Origin: Amoebidium appalachense
Taxonomy: Eukaryota; Protista; Ichthyosporea
Length of the DNA: 64,000 nucleotides
NCBI GenBank assembly: GCA_963693365.1
Contig: CAVNZM010000001.1
Span: 13,192,418 to 13,256,417, forward strand
Direction: 5' to 3'
Under the pieces are notes generated by a model, which was not told the origin of the DNA, did not search any database, and saw only the letters and a program-made list of their open reading frames with translations. Position numbers and translations under genes: made by a program. Positions 1-12,448 of this stretch are shown piece after piece (within the stretch, counting starts at the first letter, position 1; each line of letters starts with the position of its first letter).

Positions 1-73
<73 letters not shown>

Positions 74-100
74 AACACACACACACACACACACACACAG

Positions 101-336
101 GAGGGCACCATCCAGGACCTCCTAGACCGTGGCCAGACCATGCCTCTGCCCACAGCACTCACCCTTGCAGCCTCTCTCTGCCGGGCACTCGAAGACTTCC
201 ACTCCCTCAACCCCCCATGGGCCCACCGCGATGTGAAGGTTTGTGTGTGCGCGTGTGGGTGGGTGGGTGGGTGGGTGGGTGGTGGGTGGGTGGGTGCGTG
301 TGCGTGTGGGTGTCGTGGTGGTAAGGAATTTTTTTT

Positions 337-371
<35 letters not shown>

Positions 372-697
372 GGGGGAGGGTTTGTTTGTGGTGGACGTTG
401 AAGAGTGTGTATTTTGGTGGTGGCAGTGCAGACTTGCATGGTGGGTACTTGTTGCACATCAGTGGCGGTGTGTGGAAGTGGATGGAGGAAGATTGGAGGG
501 AAGGTGTGGTGGTGGTGGCGGCAACGATGTGTTCTGCGCACCATTGGCAGGGGGCAGGGGTGGCTTCATAATTTCATAGCGCATACTGTTCGATCCGAAT
601 TTTTCTTCCTTTTTCCTTTCAAACGGGTGTGGTTCGATGCGTTCCGGATCTGAATTAGGGAGGGTTTCGAGACAATAACCGTGTAAGGCTATTGGAG

Positions 698-738
<41 letters not shown>

Positions 739-1289
739 GGAGAGAGAGAAGGAAGGTTTAGGACATGCTCAGGCAGAGAGTACTGACGGTGATTTGTGTG
801 AGTGCAGCCCGGCAACCTGCTGCTGTGTGATGGGGGCAGGGGGGTGGTGCTGATGGACCTGGGCAGTGCCGCTGAGGCCACCGTCAGCTGCAGCACTAGG
901 AGAGAGGTGGGTGTGCAATGGAGCAGGGGGGGAGGGGGTGGGAGGGGAGAGGGGGGAGGGGGTGGGAGGGGAGAGGGGGGGGGGGGAGCGAAGGGGAAGG
1001 AGGGGTTTGGGGGGGGGGGGGTTTGAATGCGTCAAAAAGTACGAAGTACACAAGAACAAACGGATAACACGATGCAGAATGCAAGGGGGGGGGGGGGGGG
1101 GGGGGGGGGGATGGGATACGGCTGTTGTATTAGCATGTGTTCCTTTCAATGCTCGTTGTTAAACTTTTCCTTTCTTGAAACAGGTGCCGTAGTCATACCC
1201 ATGAATTGCTCTTTACCTTTCGTGGTCTGACTTCTCTCTACTCCCTCGTCACTAATCTGCCCCACCCGATACATGCAGATAACACACAC

Positions 1290-1340
<51 letters not shown>

Positions 1341-1410
1341 CACACACACACTGAAATTTTGTTCACACGCGCGCGCTCATGCACACGCACACACATGCGC
1401 ACATATGCAT

Positions 1411-1487
<77 letters not shown>

Positions 1488-2005
1488 GTTGCATACCTAC
1501 ACTTGTAACCGCAGGCGCTAGCGCTTCAAGAGAAGTGTTCGGAGTATTGCACGGCACCGTACAGGTGGGCGGCCGGACAGATAGATGCCTTGGTTGCAGA
1601 ATGCATGCACAGTGCGGTGAGCAACACACGTTGCGGCAAACTATTTCATGGTTTTATTATATTCTGTTTCTTCCCTGCTGTGTGTGTGGCGCATGTGTGT
1701 GCTTGTGCGTATGAGCGTGTGTATGTGTGTATGTGCGTGTATTTGTGTGGGTGTTCTTGGGGGTTGTTTTTGCAGTGTTGGTGGGTGACGCTGTTTGTTT
1801 GAGTAGCGTGCCCGTGTCCCTGTGTATTGGTGTGAATGTGAGGGTGCACGGATAGCTGTGTGTGTGAATTGGGCTCTGCGTGTGTTTGTCTGTGCTTGCT
1901 TCAATCACGTGCACCGGGGGAAGTATGTGTGTTCTGTGTATGTCCGTATATGTCTGGTGCATGCGTGCGTGCGTGCGGGCGTGTGTGCGTCCGTGCGTGC
2001 GTGCA

Positions 2006-2057
<52 letters not shown>

Positions 2058-2422
2058 TGTGTGTGTGTGTGTGTCTGTGTGTGTGTGTGTATTGGTGAGT
2101 GGGTGGGTGTGGGTGTGTGCATCAATGTCTCTCTGTATGTGTGCGAGGGGGTGTATGGGTGTGTTTGATTCTTATGTGCACAGATGTATGTTTGTATAAA
2201 TATGTATCAATGTCCGGGAATGTATAAATATTTGGCAATTTAGGTGAATTGTTTTAGTGGTTGTTGACTGTTAACTCTGTGGGCCGGGCAGGGCACCTGA
2301 GCTCTTTGAGGTGCAGACTGGATCAACCATCACCGCTGCCACGGACATATGGTACGTGCCCCCACATGCAGATGCACAGTCACAGACAAGTACACGCACA
2401 CACACACATACACACACACACG

Positions 2423-2505
<83 letters not shown>

Positions 2506-2516
2506 GCACGCGCACC

Positions 2517-2585
<69 letters not shown>

Positions 2586-2749
2586 GCTGTTTTGTCCATC
2601 CGCTCCTGTCGGCATCCCAACCTGTACCTTCTTTTGCAGCCACTTGATGATGTGGCATGGTGTGTATTAATTTCTGAGCCTGGACATATAACTGTGCATG
2701 TGCTAAGACATTTAAGGTTGGTGGTCGTGGAGACAGTGTCGGCATTTTT

Positions 2750-2797
<48 letters not shown>

Positions 2798-3280
2798 TTC
2801 TTGACATGTTCTGCTGTGGATGCAGGTCGGTGGGGTGCACGCTGTATGCCATGATTTACGGCCAATCACCGTTCGATGGGTCGGCCCTGGCAGCCATGAG
2901 CGGCAACATGACTTTCAAGAACCCACCAGCAGACCCCAGGCAAGTGGTGTGATTGCGCACGTGGCTATGGGCCAGAAGGGGGCTTAGAATTTAAATATGT
3001 TTCAAGTAGTATCACTATGCATATGCACCGGGGGGGGAAGAGGGGAGTGCGTGTGTTGTGTGTGTGGGGGCCGGGGAAGGCGCCGGGGGGGGGGGGGGGG
3101 GGGGGGGGGGAGGGGGGTAACATTGGGAGGCCTGTGCACCTGCTCCCGTGTGCGTGTGTCTGCACACGTGCGTGCTAACATGGGTGTGTGTGTGTGTGGG
3201 CCGGGGGGGGGGGGGGGGGGGATAGTGGTGAGAAGGGAGGAGGGTGATTGAGGTGGGGGGGGGGGGGGGGGGAAGGGGAA

Positions 3281-3317
<37 letters not shown>

Positions 3318-3485
3318 AGTATTGGCAAACACAGGCTAATACTGTGCATCTGGGGCAGCAGCAGGGAGCTGCCAGAGAGTTTGCAGCGGCTGATTCGGTC
3401 ATTGTGCTGCACAAAGCCCAGCCAGCGACCCACAGCACTGCAGGCCGCACAGTGCATAGAAGACACACTGCATGGCCTGGCCTAG
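101..3485 (+). CDS. STK16: Ser/Thr kinase, NAK family, STK16-like (5'-partial; exons 101-238, 808-906, 1515-1564, 2292-2351, 2826-2939, 3365-3485)
   Basis: Phase-compatible exons give WAHRDVK|PGNLLL (catalytic loop), VLMDLGS (DFG equivalent), [17 protein letters not shown]|APELF (STK16-type activation segment), TDIW|[16 protein letters not shown] and a final exon with P-S-Q-R-P ending at TAG 3483-3485. Intron 5 needs a GC donor (AG|GCAAGT). Confidence 0.88.
1022..1084 (-). mobile_element. Short copy of a C-tract-associated dispersed repeat family
   Basis: 63 bp identical to 51260-51322, with G-runs on both sides on the + strand. Confidence 0.7.
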
Positions 3486-3758
3486 CATTGTGGATGATCA
3501 TTGTGTGTGTAGCTCTTGTTCAGTGAGGTTTTAAGCGTGGTTGTCAATGGTTACGGTGTACTTGTAGGGTTTTTACTTGTGCACCTTCTTGTTGAATGCC
3601 CAAAAGATGTTCAAATGCTAACCGTGTGCACGGGGGCGCCGCGGGGGGGGGGGGGGGGGGGGGGGGGGGGATGCTATTGTTGAAGTGGGAGGAGCAGCTA
3701 TGAGTCACTCGGCTGTGTGCGTGTTTGCGTTGCATAGTGTGATGATCTGCATTATGTA

Positions 3759-4058
3759 CTGTACGGTAATAACAAGTCAATTTTTTCCAAAACATCCGTG
3801 AATGCATAGTTAGGTGTTCGGAATTACGCAGAGTAATTTTGTGTGTGTCGATACAATTGTAGGAAGGTACATACCCTCTCTGGTATTCGAGGCACAATGG
3901 CATGTCAACCGGCCAATTGGAGATAGTTAAAATAATTCAGATGCGCATGCATATATATTGTAGTCGTGGGTACATTATAATGTGTACGAACCGGTTGAAA
4001 CCGGACTAAGTAGTATTAAACAGCGGCGATATCATGGCCACGTATATGACGGGTACAG
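3759..4058. mobile_element. Possible degenerate TA-flanked MITE
   Basis: TA|CTGTACGGTAATA ... TATGACGGGTACAG|TA: short imperfect terminal inverted repeat around an AT-richer, microsatellite-free interior. Only 6 bp of the TIR is perfect. Confidence 0.3.
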
Positions 4059-4355
4059 TAAAATAAAAAAAGCGGGTACATCGCAAGGGATGAATCACTT
4101 GTGCTCATGACAGGTGTTCACCATGTGACTCGTGTGCACGGTGCTGGGCCTAGGGCAATCTAATATTAGCTGTGGTGGTACTGCACTCCGACTGCCTGGA
4201 AGCTTGCACGGGTTCAACTCAGCCCACTGCAGCTGCCCCGATGTTTTTCTCCCGCTTGTGTGCGTGTTCCCACGTTTTTTTTTTTTTGTTTTGTTTTTTT
4301 TTGTTTTTTTGTTTTTTTTTTGCCTCGTCATCTCATTACGGGGTGCTGCGCGATC

Positions 4356-4395
4356 AGCCAATCACCCTTCCCCATTTTGTTCCGCCAATCAGCGT
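4356..4395 (+). promoter_or_regulatory. Two CCAAT (NF-Y-type) boxes upstream of the Nudix gene
   Basis: AGCCAATCAC and GCCAATCAGCG about 420-450 bp upstream of ATG 4812. GCCAATCAGCG recurs at ~56710 in the PIG-M/eIF3c promoter. Confidence 0.45.
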
Positions 4396-4811
4396 CGGGC
4401 GCATCTGTGCGTCAGCTGACCAGGTCCAGGATTCAAAACTTGAGTCAGTCCGACTGCAAGTGTACAGCAAAAGAAAAACGAGAAACAAGAGACTCAAAGG
4501 GCAGTTCGTTTGGGCATGGGTATGAACGGGTTGTAAAGTAAACTTAAAAGTTTTTGTGTGTGTGTGGAGATTCTGGTGTTATGCTCTTTTTATTTCTGCT
4601 GGAATAGCCGAAATTCTGTCGTCAAAGTTTCTGCTGAAATCGCTGGATCTGGGCACCTCCGTGACGGTAGATCCAAGTTAGACTCTTGGTTGTAAGCACA
4701 CAAAACACAACTAAGAAGAAAAAAAACACGTATATACATGTAGAAGTCACCAGCGAACCAAGTAGTCTTTGCACATTTTACTTGATAAAAGGACAAGCAG
4801 CAGTAGGCACG

Positions 4812-6058
4812 ATGGACGAGGACCGGCCGGGGGTCAGATCTTTTGTTATTGCGCACCACCCAGCCCACGGCTACCTGCTACTGCAGGCCAGCAAGTGGAA
4901 GAAGGGCGGCGTGCACTATCAGCTGCCGGGCGGGTGGGTGGACGACAAGGAGCTACAGGCCATGGGCGTGGAACAGGTGCGTGCGTGTGCGTGTGCGTGC
5001 TTGATTGTGCAGGTGTGTGTGTGTGCAGGTGTATGTCTGTGTGTGCGCTTCAACGCCTTTCATGCGCCTGTGTGCTTGGACCAGGCTATTATTGTGTGTG
5101 TGCCTCCTTGCCCTCGTATACGTACATGAATACGTAGCTGTGTGTTTATGCATAGTTTTATACGCATGAGTATGCGTGCGTGCCTGTGTGCGTACGTGCA
5201 TGTCCGAGAACTCACCCCATCGACCTATTCAAATGTCCCTGATACTATGTATGATCTTGAACTCTGGAATTGGTGTTGCTGCAAATAAAAACACTCCATC
5301 AGCATATTTAATTGTGGCATGTGGCTCTCAACATACATTGGTACGATTAATAATCTGGCGAGGATCTGGAATGAATGGGGAATTTAACGAGTGAAAAGTG
5401 TGGAAGACGACGTCTTTGCAGATAGCCAAGTTTCCAGCGGGTGGGAGAGGTTGGGCAGGGAGCTGGGGGGGCGTCCAAGGGGGGGGGCGGGGAGGGGGGG
5501 GAGGGGGGGGGGGGGGAGGGGGGGGGGGAGGGGGGGGGGGGGGGGGGGAAGAGGGGTGAAGGGGGTGGGGGCTGTGCGTGCAGGTCTGAGCGTACATGTT
5601 CTATGTGCGCGCACGTATTACATTTGGAAGATGTGTGTGTGTGTGTGTGTGTGTGTGTCTGTGTGTCTGCGTGTGCGCGCGCGCACCCACGTCCGGGTAT
5701 GCATGTGTGTGCGCCTGTGTCAGTGTGTGTGTCTGGGCGCGCGCATGCGTTTGTTTATGTATCTATGTGTGTATGTTAAAAAGGTCTGTAGTGTGTTTGG
5801 GGTTTGGGGGTTGGGGAAGGGAGGGGGGGGGGCTGGGGGGGGGGGAGGGGGGACAATTAAAGAATGGGCACAGACGAAATACACTTCTTCATTCTGCATT
5901 TCTGTTGAAAGGCTCCTAAGCGCCCAAGATCCATATTCTATGTATCTAAAGCGCGCTAACTTTTCACTCATTCCACCCCACTTCCATACTCCCCCCCCCC
6001 CCCCCCCCCCTTGTCACCTTTACACACACACATGCATCTTCTCTTCCCCCCCTCCCCT

Positions 6059-6102
<44 letters not shown>

Positions 6103-6279
6103 ACTCAGGCACACCATTCTGCGACCACCAGTAACAGCAGCCCAACAGGCGCGCACGCACACACACCACACACTTCCTCCACCTCATACGCCCTTTCCGC
6201 CCCCTTCACACTGCCACGTTGCCCTCCCTCGTTCCAACCTTTCCCCCCCCCTCCTCCCCCCCTCCCCAAACACTACACA

Positions 6280-6342
<63 letters not shown>

Positions 6343-8467
6343 ACCTACCCACGCACCACTACCCACCCACCCACTCTCTCCCATCCACCACCTTTCCCCC
6401 GTACGTGCCCTTTCAGGCTGCACGTGTCGCGTGTGCGCGTGAGCTGAAGGAGGAGACGGGGCTTGATGTGACCGGGCAGCTGCATCGGCTGGAGGCCGGC
6501 ACAGTGCCTGGGGGCAAGAACAGCCTCAATGGGCGCTACTACTACAGGCTGCAGCTGGGGGATGGGGACTCGGTAAAGCCATATGAGGGCCAGAGACGCA
6601 GCCCGGTCAGGTACCCCCCCCCCCCCCCCCAAACCCCCCAACTCCCCCGCTCTTCCCCCCCCCCCCCCCCCCCCCCGCCCGCGCCGTGCAGCCGCCCTCC
6701 TCTCTCCACCGCTCTTTTCCCCCCTTTCATCCAGTTCCCGCCCCTCGTTCTCCCTCCCCCTCCCCCCCCCCCCCCCCCCCCTCCTTTCCCCTCTCCCGCC
6801 ACCCCTCCCTTCCCCTCCTCCTCCCCCCTCCCCCCCCCCTTTCCCCGGTGGCTATACATATTTGTGTGGGTGGGTGGGTGGGTGGGTGGGTGGGTGGGTG
6901 TGTGCAGGCGGTTCCGTGCACCATCCCATGTTGTTCATTGTGTGGTTTGAAGTACTGGACTTTGGTGTCCTGATAAGATACCTGTTAGGAGCCATTGTGG
7001 TGCTACATCAAACACCACCCTCCCCCCCCCCTCCCTCCCCCTCTCCCCGGTTCCCCTTTCGGACTATGTACCAAACCTCCGTCGTCCCATTTCACCACCC
7101 CTCTCCTCCCCCTCCCCCTTCCCCCCCCCCCCCCCCCCCCCCCCACCATTCTACCTCAAGAACTGTGTTTCAACGGTTATGGCAACCAAGCTGCACTGTG
7201 CTTACCTCTTAAGGGGCTACACTTTACCCCTAGCTGTCTATTGGAAGCAGTTAAGATATGGAAAGGATGCAGGGTGTGTGGAGGGTGAGGGTTAGGCCAA
7301 ATAGGCAATGTCAGACGTCCCTTTGCGCCTCACACGTTTGCCCACTGCACACTCGTCCATAGGGGGGCACAGCACACACCCGCACAGAAACACACTTGTC
7401 TACACCACATGCAAACACACACACACACACCCAATCTAACATACACCACATACACACGCACACTAGAATGCACCACATTTACACAAACATACACACTCTT
7501 TCTCTCTCTAGCTTATATGCACGACATACACACACACACGGACAAATAACACCACTCACAGACACCCTACGTACCCCACCACACGACAGAGACACAGACA
7601 CACACACTCTCTCTCTTGCTCTAGCCTATATGTAGCACAGACACACACACTCTCTCTCTCTTGCTCTAGCCTATATGTAGCACAGACACACACTCTCTCT
7701 CTCTTGCTCTAGCCTATATGTAGCACAGACACACACACTCTCTCTCTTGCTCTAGCCTATATGTAGCACAGACACACACACTCTCTCTCTTGCTCGAGCC
7801 TGTATGTAGCACATACACAGACACTCTCTCTCTTGCTCTAGCCTATATGTAGCACAGACACACACACTCTCTCTCTTGCTCTAGCCTATATGTAGCACAG
7901 ACACACACACCCTCTCTCTCTTGCTCTAGCCTGTATGTAGCACATACACACACACCCTCTCTCTTGCTCTAGCCTATATGTAGCACATACACACACTCTC
8001 TCTCTCTCTTGCTCTAGCCTATATGTAGCACAGACACACACACCCTCTCTCTCTTGCTCTAGCCTGTATGTAGCACATACACACACACGTATAACACCAC
8101 ATACGCACACATTCGTCTAGACACCACGTAAGTCCACTCTCCTTCTTTCTCCCTAGCTTACATGCTGCACATGCACACACACCTATGACACCACATACAT
8201 ACACGTGTCTATACCCCACATACGTACACTCTCGCTTTTCCCCTTTTAGGTGGAGCACATACACACCCAGCTCTATCTCTCTTTTACATGCATGCACACA
8301 TGTACACGAATTTATCTCTCCTCTTCACACTTCATCTATACACACTCTAAAGCTCACAAGGCTTCAAACTACATACACACACTCATTCTCTCTTTCTCTT
8401 TCTCTCTCTCACACAAAACACACGCCATTTTCTTACTCTACATTTTTTCTTCCATACTTCACGTACA

Positions 8468-8558
<91 letters not shown>

Positions 8559-8567
8559 CACACACAT

Positions 8568-8634
<67 letters not shown>

Positions 8635-8641
8635 CACACAT

Positions 8642-8713
<72 letters not shown>

Positions 8714-10018
8714 ACACACACCTGCAGGGCGCTGACCGGGCAGGATTTCCATCTGCGGCTCAGCATGGAGCACACTGGGTTTGTGTTTGAGCCCGACACC
8801 AACAAGGCCGCCAGCATGATTGTTCAACACTCAGGGGGCAAGAACTCACAGGCACTCAGGGCCGTGGAAGGTACGTGCACACGCAAGGGGGGGGGGGGGC
8901 AAGTACATGACCTGTGGCGATGACAATATGTGGTATCTGATACTCCCCCCTCCCTTCCAAAAAAGGGGTGGAAAAAAGGGAAAATAGAAATTAAAAAAAG
9001 GGGAAGGGGAGAGAGAGAGAGGGGGGGGGGGGGGGGGGGGAGGGGGGGAGGGGGGGATCAAAACTGCACTGCCTACGTATGTACTCGTATGCCGTTACAT
9101 GACTTTTATGCTCTTCACCCTGCCTGCATTGTACTTTGTGCTTTATAGTATATACTGCCCCCCCCCCCCCCCCCCTCCCCCCCCCCCCCTTCCCCTCCCC
9201 CCGTGCCTGGGGTACTGTGGGTCACTTGGCCCCGACTGAGGATGGGGTTTAGACTGTTGCATACTCTGTGGCTTTCTTTTTTTGATATCTGCAATACCTT
9301 GCTATGTTTTGAGTTTGCACTTTGCACCATGTAACACGTTCTGACCCCTCCCCCCTCCCCCCCCCCCCCCCCCCCCCCCCGGGAGGATGCGCTCCGCTTA
9401 TGATGCATACTCTTTATCGTGTGCTTTGCACTCTGCAACGCATTCAACCCCCCCCCTTCCCCCCCACTCCCCCATCATCGCGCTAGGTGGCAATTATTTC
9501 CTTTGCGCTCTCTTCATTGAGTCATCACTCGTACCCATGTTTTCCGCACTTTTGCAAGCCTTCTTTTACAATTTGACTCTTGTGCCTTTGATCCTCCCCG
9601 CCACCCTCCCTTTCCCACCACTCCACCCTGCTCGCCCCCACCCACCCACCCACCTACCTACAGTGCTTGCACCGAAAACGGCCTCCATTCAGAACAAAGA
9701 GAGGTCTATGCATTGTGCTAATGGTTCGATCTTTGCATCGCTCAGATTCCCGGGTGCTGGCCAGAAGTAAATTCAGACCGCCATTCAATCATATCAAAAA
9801 TTCTGCCTTGCTCTGATTAGAGGCCGTTTTCAGTGCAAGCGTTGTACCCATCCACCCGCCCCACACAGCGCCGCCACACTGATACACAGATCCATTCACG
9901 CAAAGCACAACCCCATCCCTTTGCTTTCACATGCACACTAACTGCCAGGTGCATGCATGCAGGGTACCGCAACATGATGAAGAACCGGACAGCAGCAGCA
10001 GCACCGCCCCAACACTGA
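4812..10018 (+). CDS. Nudix hydrolase (exons 4812-4976, 6417-6610, 8728-8870; last exon uncertain: 9963-10018, 9664-9770 or from 9949)
   Basis: Spliced translation YLLLQASKWKKGGVHYQLPGGWVDDKE...ACARELKEETGLDV contains the Nudix box. Exon 3 has LSMEHTGFVF (typical EH motif). Splice phases of exons 1-3 are consistent. Confidence 0.85.
7590..8085. repeat. ~40-bp minisatellite (ACACACTCTCTCTCTTGCTCTAGCCTATATGTAGCACAG-like), about 12 copies
   Basis: Directly visible tandem array in Nudix intron 2, with variable (AC)/(CT) microsatellite lengths within units. Confidence 0.9.
9203..9447 (+). mobile_element. Two diverged copies (9203-9344, 9381-9447) of the C-tract-associated repeat family
   Basis: Share GGGTACTGTGG...CTGAGGATGGG and GAGGATG.GCTC.GCTTAT.ATGCATACTCTTTAT...CGCATTCAA with the reverse complement of 51259-51439. 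Each is bracketed by C-runs. Confidence 0.6.
9661..9844. mobile_element. Tc1/mariner-type MITE (184 bp) with TA target duplication
   Basis: TA|CAGTGCTTGCACCGAAAACGGCCTCCATTCAGAACAAAG ... CCTTGCTCTGATTAGAGGCCGTTTTCAGTGCAAGCGTTG|TA: ~39-bp imperfect TIRs (about 7 mismatches). CAGTG terminus and TA flanks are typical of Tc1/mariner. Confidence 0.75.
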
Positions 10019-10174
10019 GTGTAAGATACCAAAACGGGCGCTTGTTTTTTCCTGCTGCCACCGCCAGTTATTTTCTTGTGGCCCGGTTGCTGTGGCACAT
10101 GCAAAAACAGAGGGATCACGAGGACAATGGGTAGCTCCAAGAGGGGGGAAAGGGGGGGGGGGGGGGGGGGGTCT

Positions 10175-10287
<113 letters not shown>

Positions 10288-10326
10288 TTTTTTTTTTTTT
10301 TTTTTTTGGAGGGGGAAAAGGTTGGG

Positions 10327-10391
<65 letters not shown>

Positions 10392-10511
10392 GGAAGGAGG
10401 GCATTCTGTCTCTTTTTTTTGCCGTTGGCTTTCCTTTGCGTGAGATTTGTAGGATACATGTAGTCCATGTCATTGAGTTATGACGTGTTTGGTGAACTTG
10501 GAGTCCGTGGT

Positions 10512-10577
<66 letters not shown>

Positions 10578-10921
10578 CAGCATTTTTCTTTAACCGATAA
10601 CCCCTTCAGGCTGTCACACGTTTTACAATATTACAGCTGGCTGGGCTTTCATAAAAAGGTTTTATAAGACTTAAAAGTAGGAATATATACATATGTAGCC
10701 CTATGCAGACACACACTCTTTGTAGACCATCTGAATAAGCTCGTCATGTTAGCGGAATGCTGCTGGCCAGCATAATACTAATAGCAACATGGTGTTTCCT
10801 TTTATTGAGATGGCTGCTGTGCATGTGTCACCTTCCGTGTGCAATGTGGGTACAGAGTTAACTTGTGTGCATGCAACACGGCATTGGTCCCACGATGGCG
10901 GGGTGGGAGGGGATGGGGGAT

Positions 10922-10963
<42 letters not shown>

Positions 10964-11149
10964 TGGATGTGCATACGCAAATGTATTCTTCTACTGAACT
11001 AGCTCATATTAGGCTGAGCTGGTCTGAGAGTGTTATACACGTTTGAAACGGTGTAGATCACTGTCTATCCGCGTCTTCGTTTTTGTTCAAAAGGAAGGCG
11101 TCATGACGAAAATGATTTGGGAAGATAGATTGGGAGTGGGGTTTGAATA

Positions 11150-12247
11150 TCATTTTTTTATAATGACTTTATTGATATGCTCATGAAAGAGAAGCAAGCC
11201 CGAGATATCACAGATATCTCAGAGAAGAAAATACAAAAACCCCTACTCACGGATACGGAGGAGTTAAAGACTCAAATAATCATACACCCTAGAAAACTCG
11301 TTAAACATCCGGTGGTTTAACAGAATGTCAATAGAGTAATACTAGGATTATATAAAGAAGCTAGTCTTCGAATTTCTAACGGAAGAATCTGAGATAAATA
11401 AATACATTTATCTAGATGTTTGCGAGAAAAAGGTTCTGCACAAAAGTGACACAAACATTTATGGAAACTAAGGTTACAACGCCAAAATAAACATTTCCAG
11501 GCAAAATCACAAGAAGGGGTTAGAATTGCAAAATCGGCAAGTGTGGTAGGTTTACGAGAGGAAGGATGAATATAAGTAGCTAATTTACATAACGATTGTT
11601 GAGAAAATAGACGAGTCTCTAATATAAAAAGAATCACAGGCTCAAGAGTCCTACCATGATACTCTTTATCACAACGATGAAGCAAAGGATATTGAGTATG
11701 AAACCAAGTAACATACTGCTGATAAATAGGGGACGAGAAAAATAAAGGAGACAAATATTTAAAAGGATATCTCTGAATATGGGAGATAGATTGGGTACAG
11801 GACATTTCGCACGAACATTAGAAATGGGAACAGGGTCTAAAGAAGGAGAGAATTGCAACAAAGGATGATAAGAAGGAAGCCTAACCAAATGAAAACAAAA
11901 GCGAAGGCCTAACTCATTCATACGCTGACTCGCCGGAGGGAGACCAAAAACACTCAGCAAAGGAGCCGCCAGAGGATGCCTACGCGAGGTCCGAGAGATG
12001 AATCGGATGAATTCACGCTGAAAGGAATCGAATTCCCGAAGCGCCGCGAAAATAAACATTTCCAAGCAATATCACAAGAAGGGGTTAGAATTGCAAAATT
12101 GGCAAGTGTGGTAGGTTTACGAGAGGAAGGATGAGTATAAGTAGCTAATTTACATAACGATTTGAATAGTGTCGGCCTAGAATTTTTATTTATTTATAAT
12201 GACTGTATTGATATGCTCACTAAAGAGAAGCAATCCGGAGATATCTA
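11150..12247 (-). mobile_element. Degenerate non-LTR retrotransposon (LINE) 3' portion with duplicated fragments
   Basis: Frameshifted minus-strand ORF pieces resemble a post-RT region ending in a CCHC knuckle (LFWRCNLSFHKCLCHFCAEPFSRKHLDKC ... IDILLN), followed by AATAAA and an A-tail at ~11150-11175. 11484-11597 is duplicated at 12048-12161, and the 3' end is repeated at 12183-12245. The block is AT-rich and microsatellite-free. Confidence 0.7.
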
Positions 12248-12414
12248 GAATTTTCAAAGGACATAGTAGATAGCCAACCGTTCTGAAAGGGACCGCACGT
12301 GACGCGTATGTTTTCGTATGTTACTCCTAGATGTCACGAGGTTTGCCTTCATATTAATTCAGATTCTGAAGTTCATATGTGCAGTTGGATGTCTCATGTA
12401 CCGCATTAAAATGT

Positions 12415-12448
<34 letters not shown>

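Noticed and set aside
7590-8085. Regularly spaced repeats resembling a CRISPR array (also 53510-53712, 24698-24865, 63492-63700)
   Set aside because: Units are head-to-tail with no unique spacers, the context is eukaryotic introns, and there are no cas genes.
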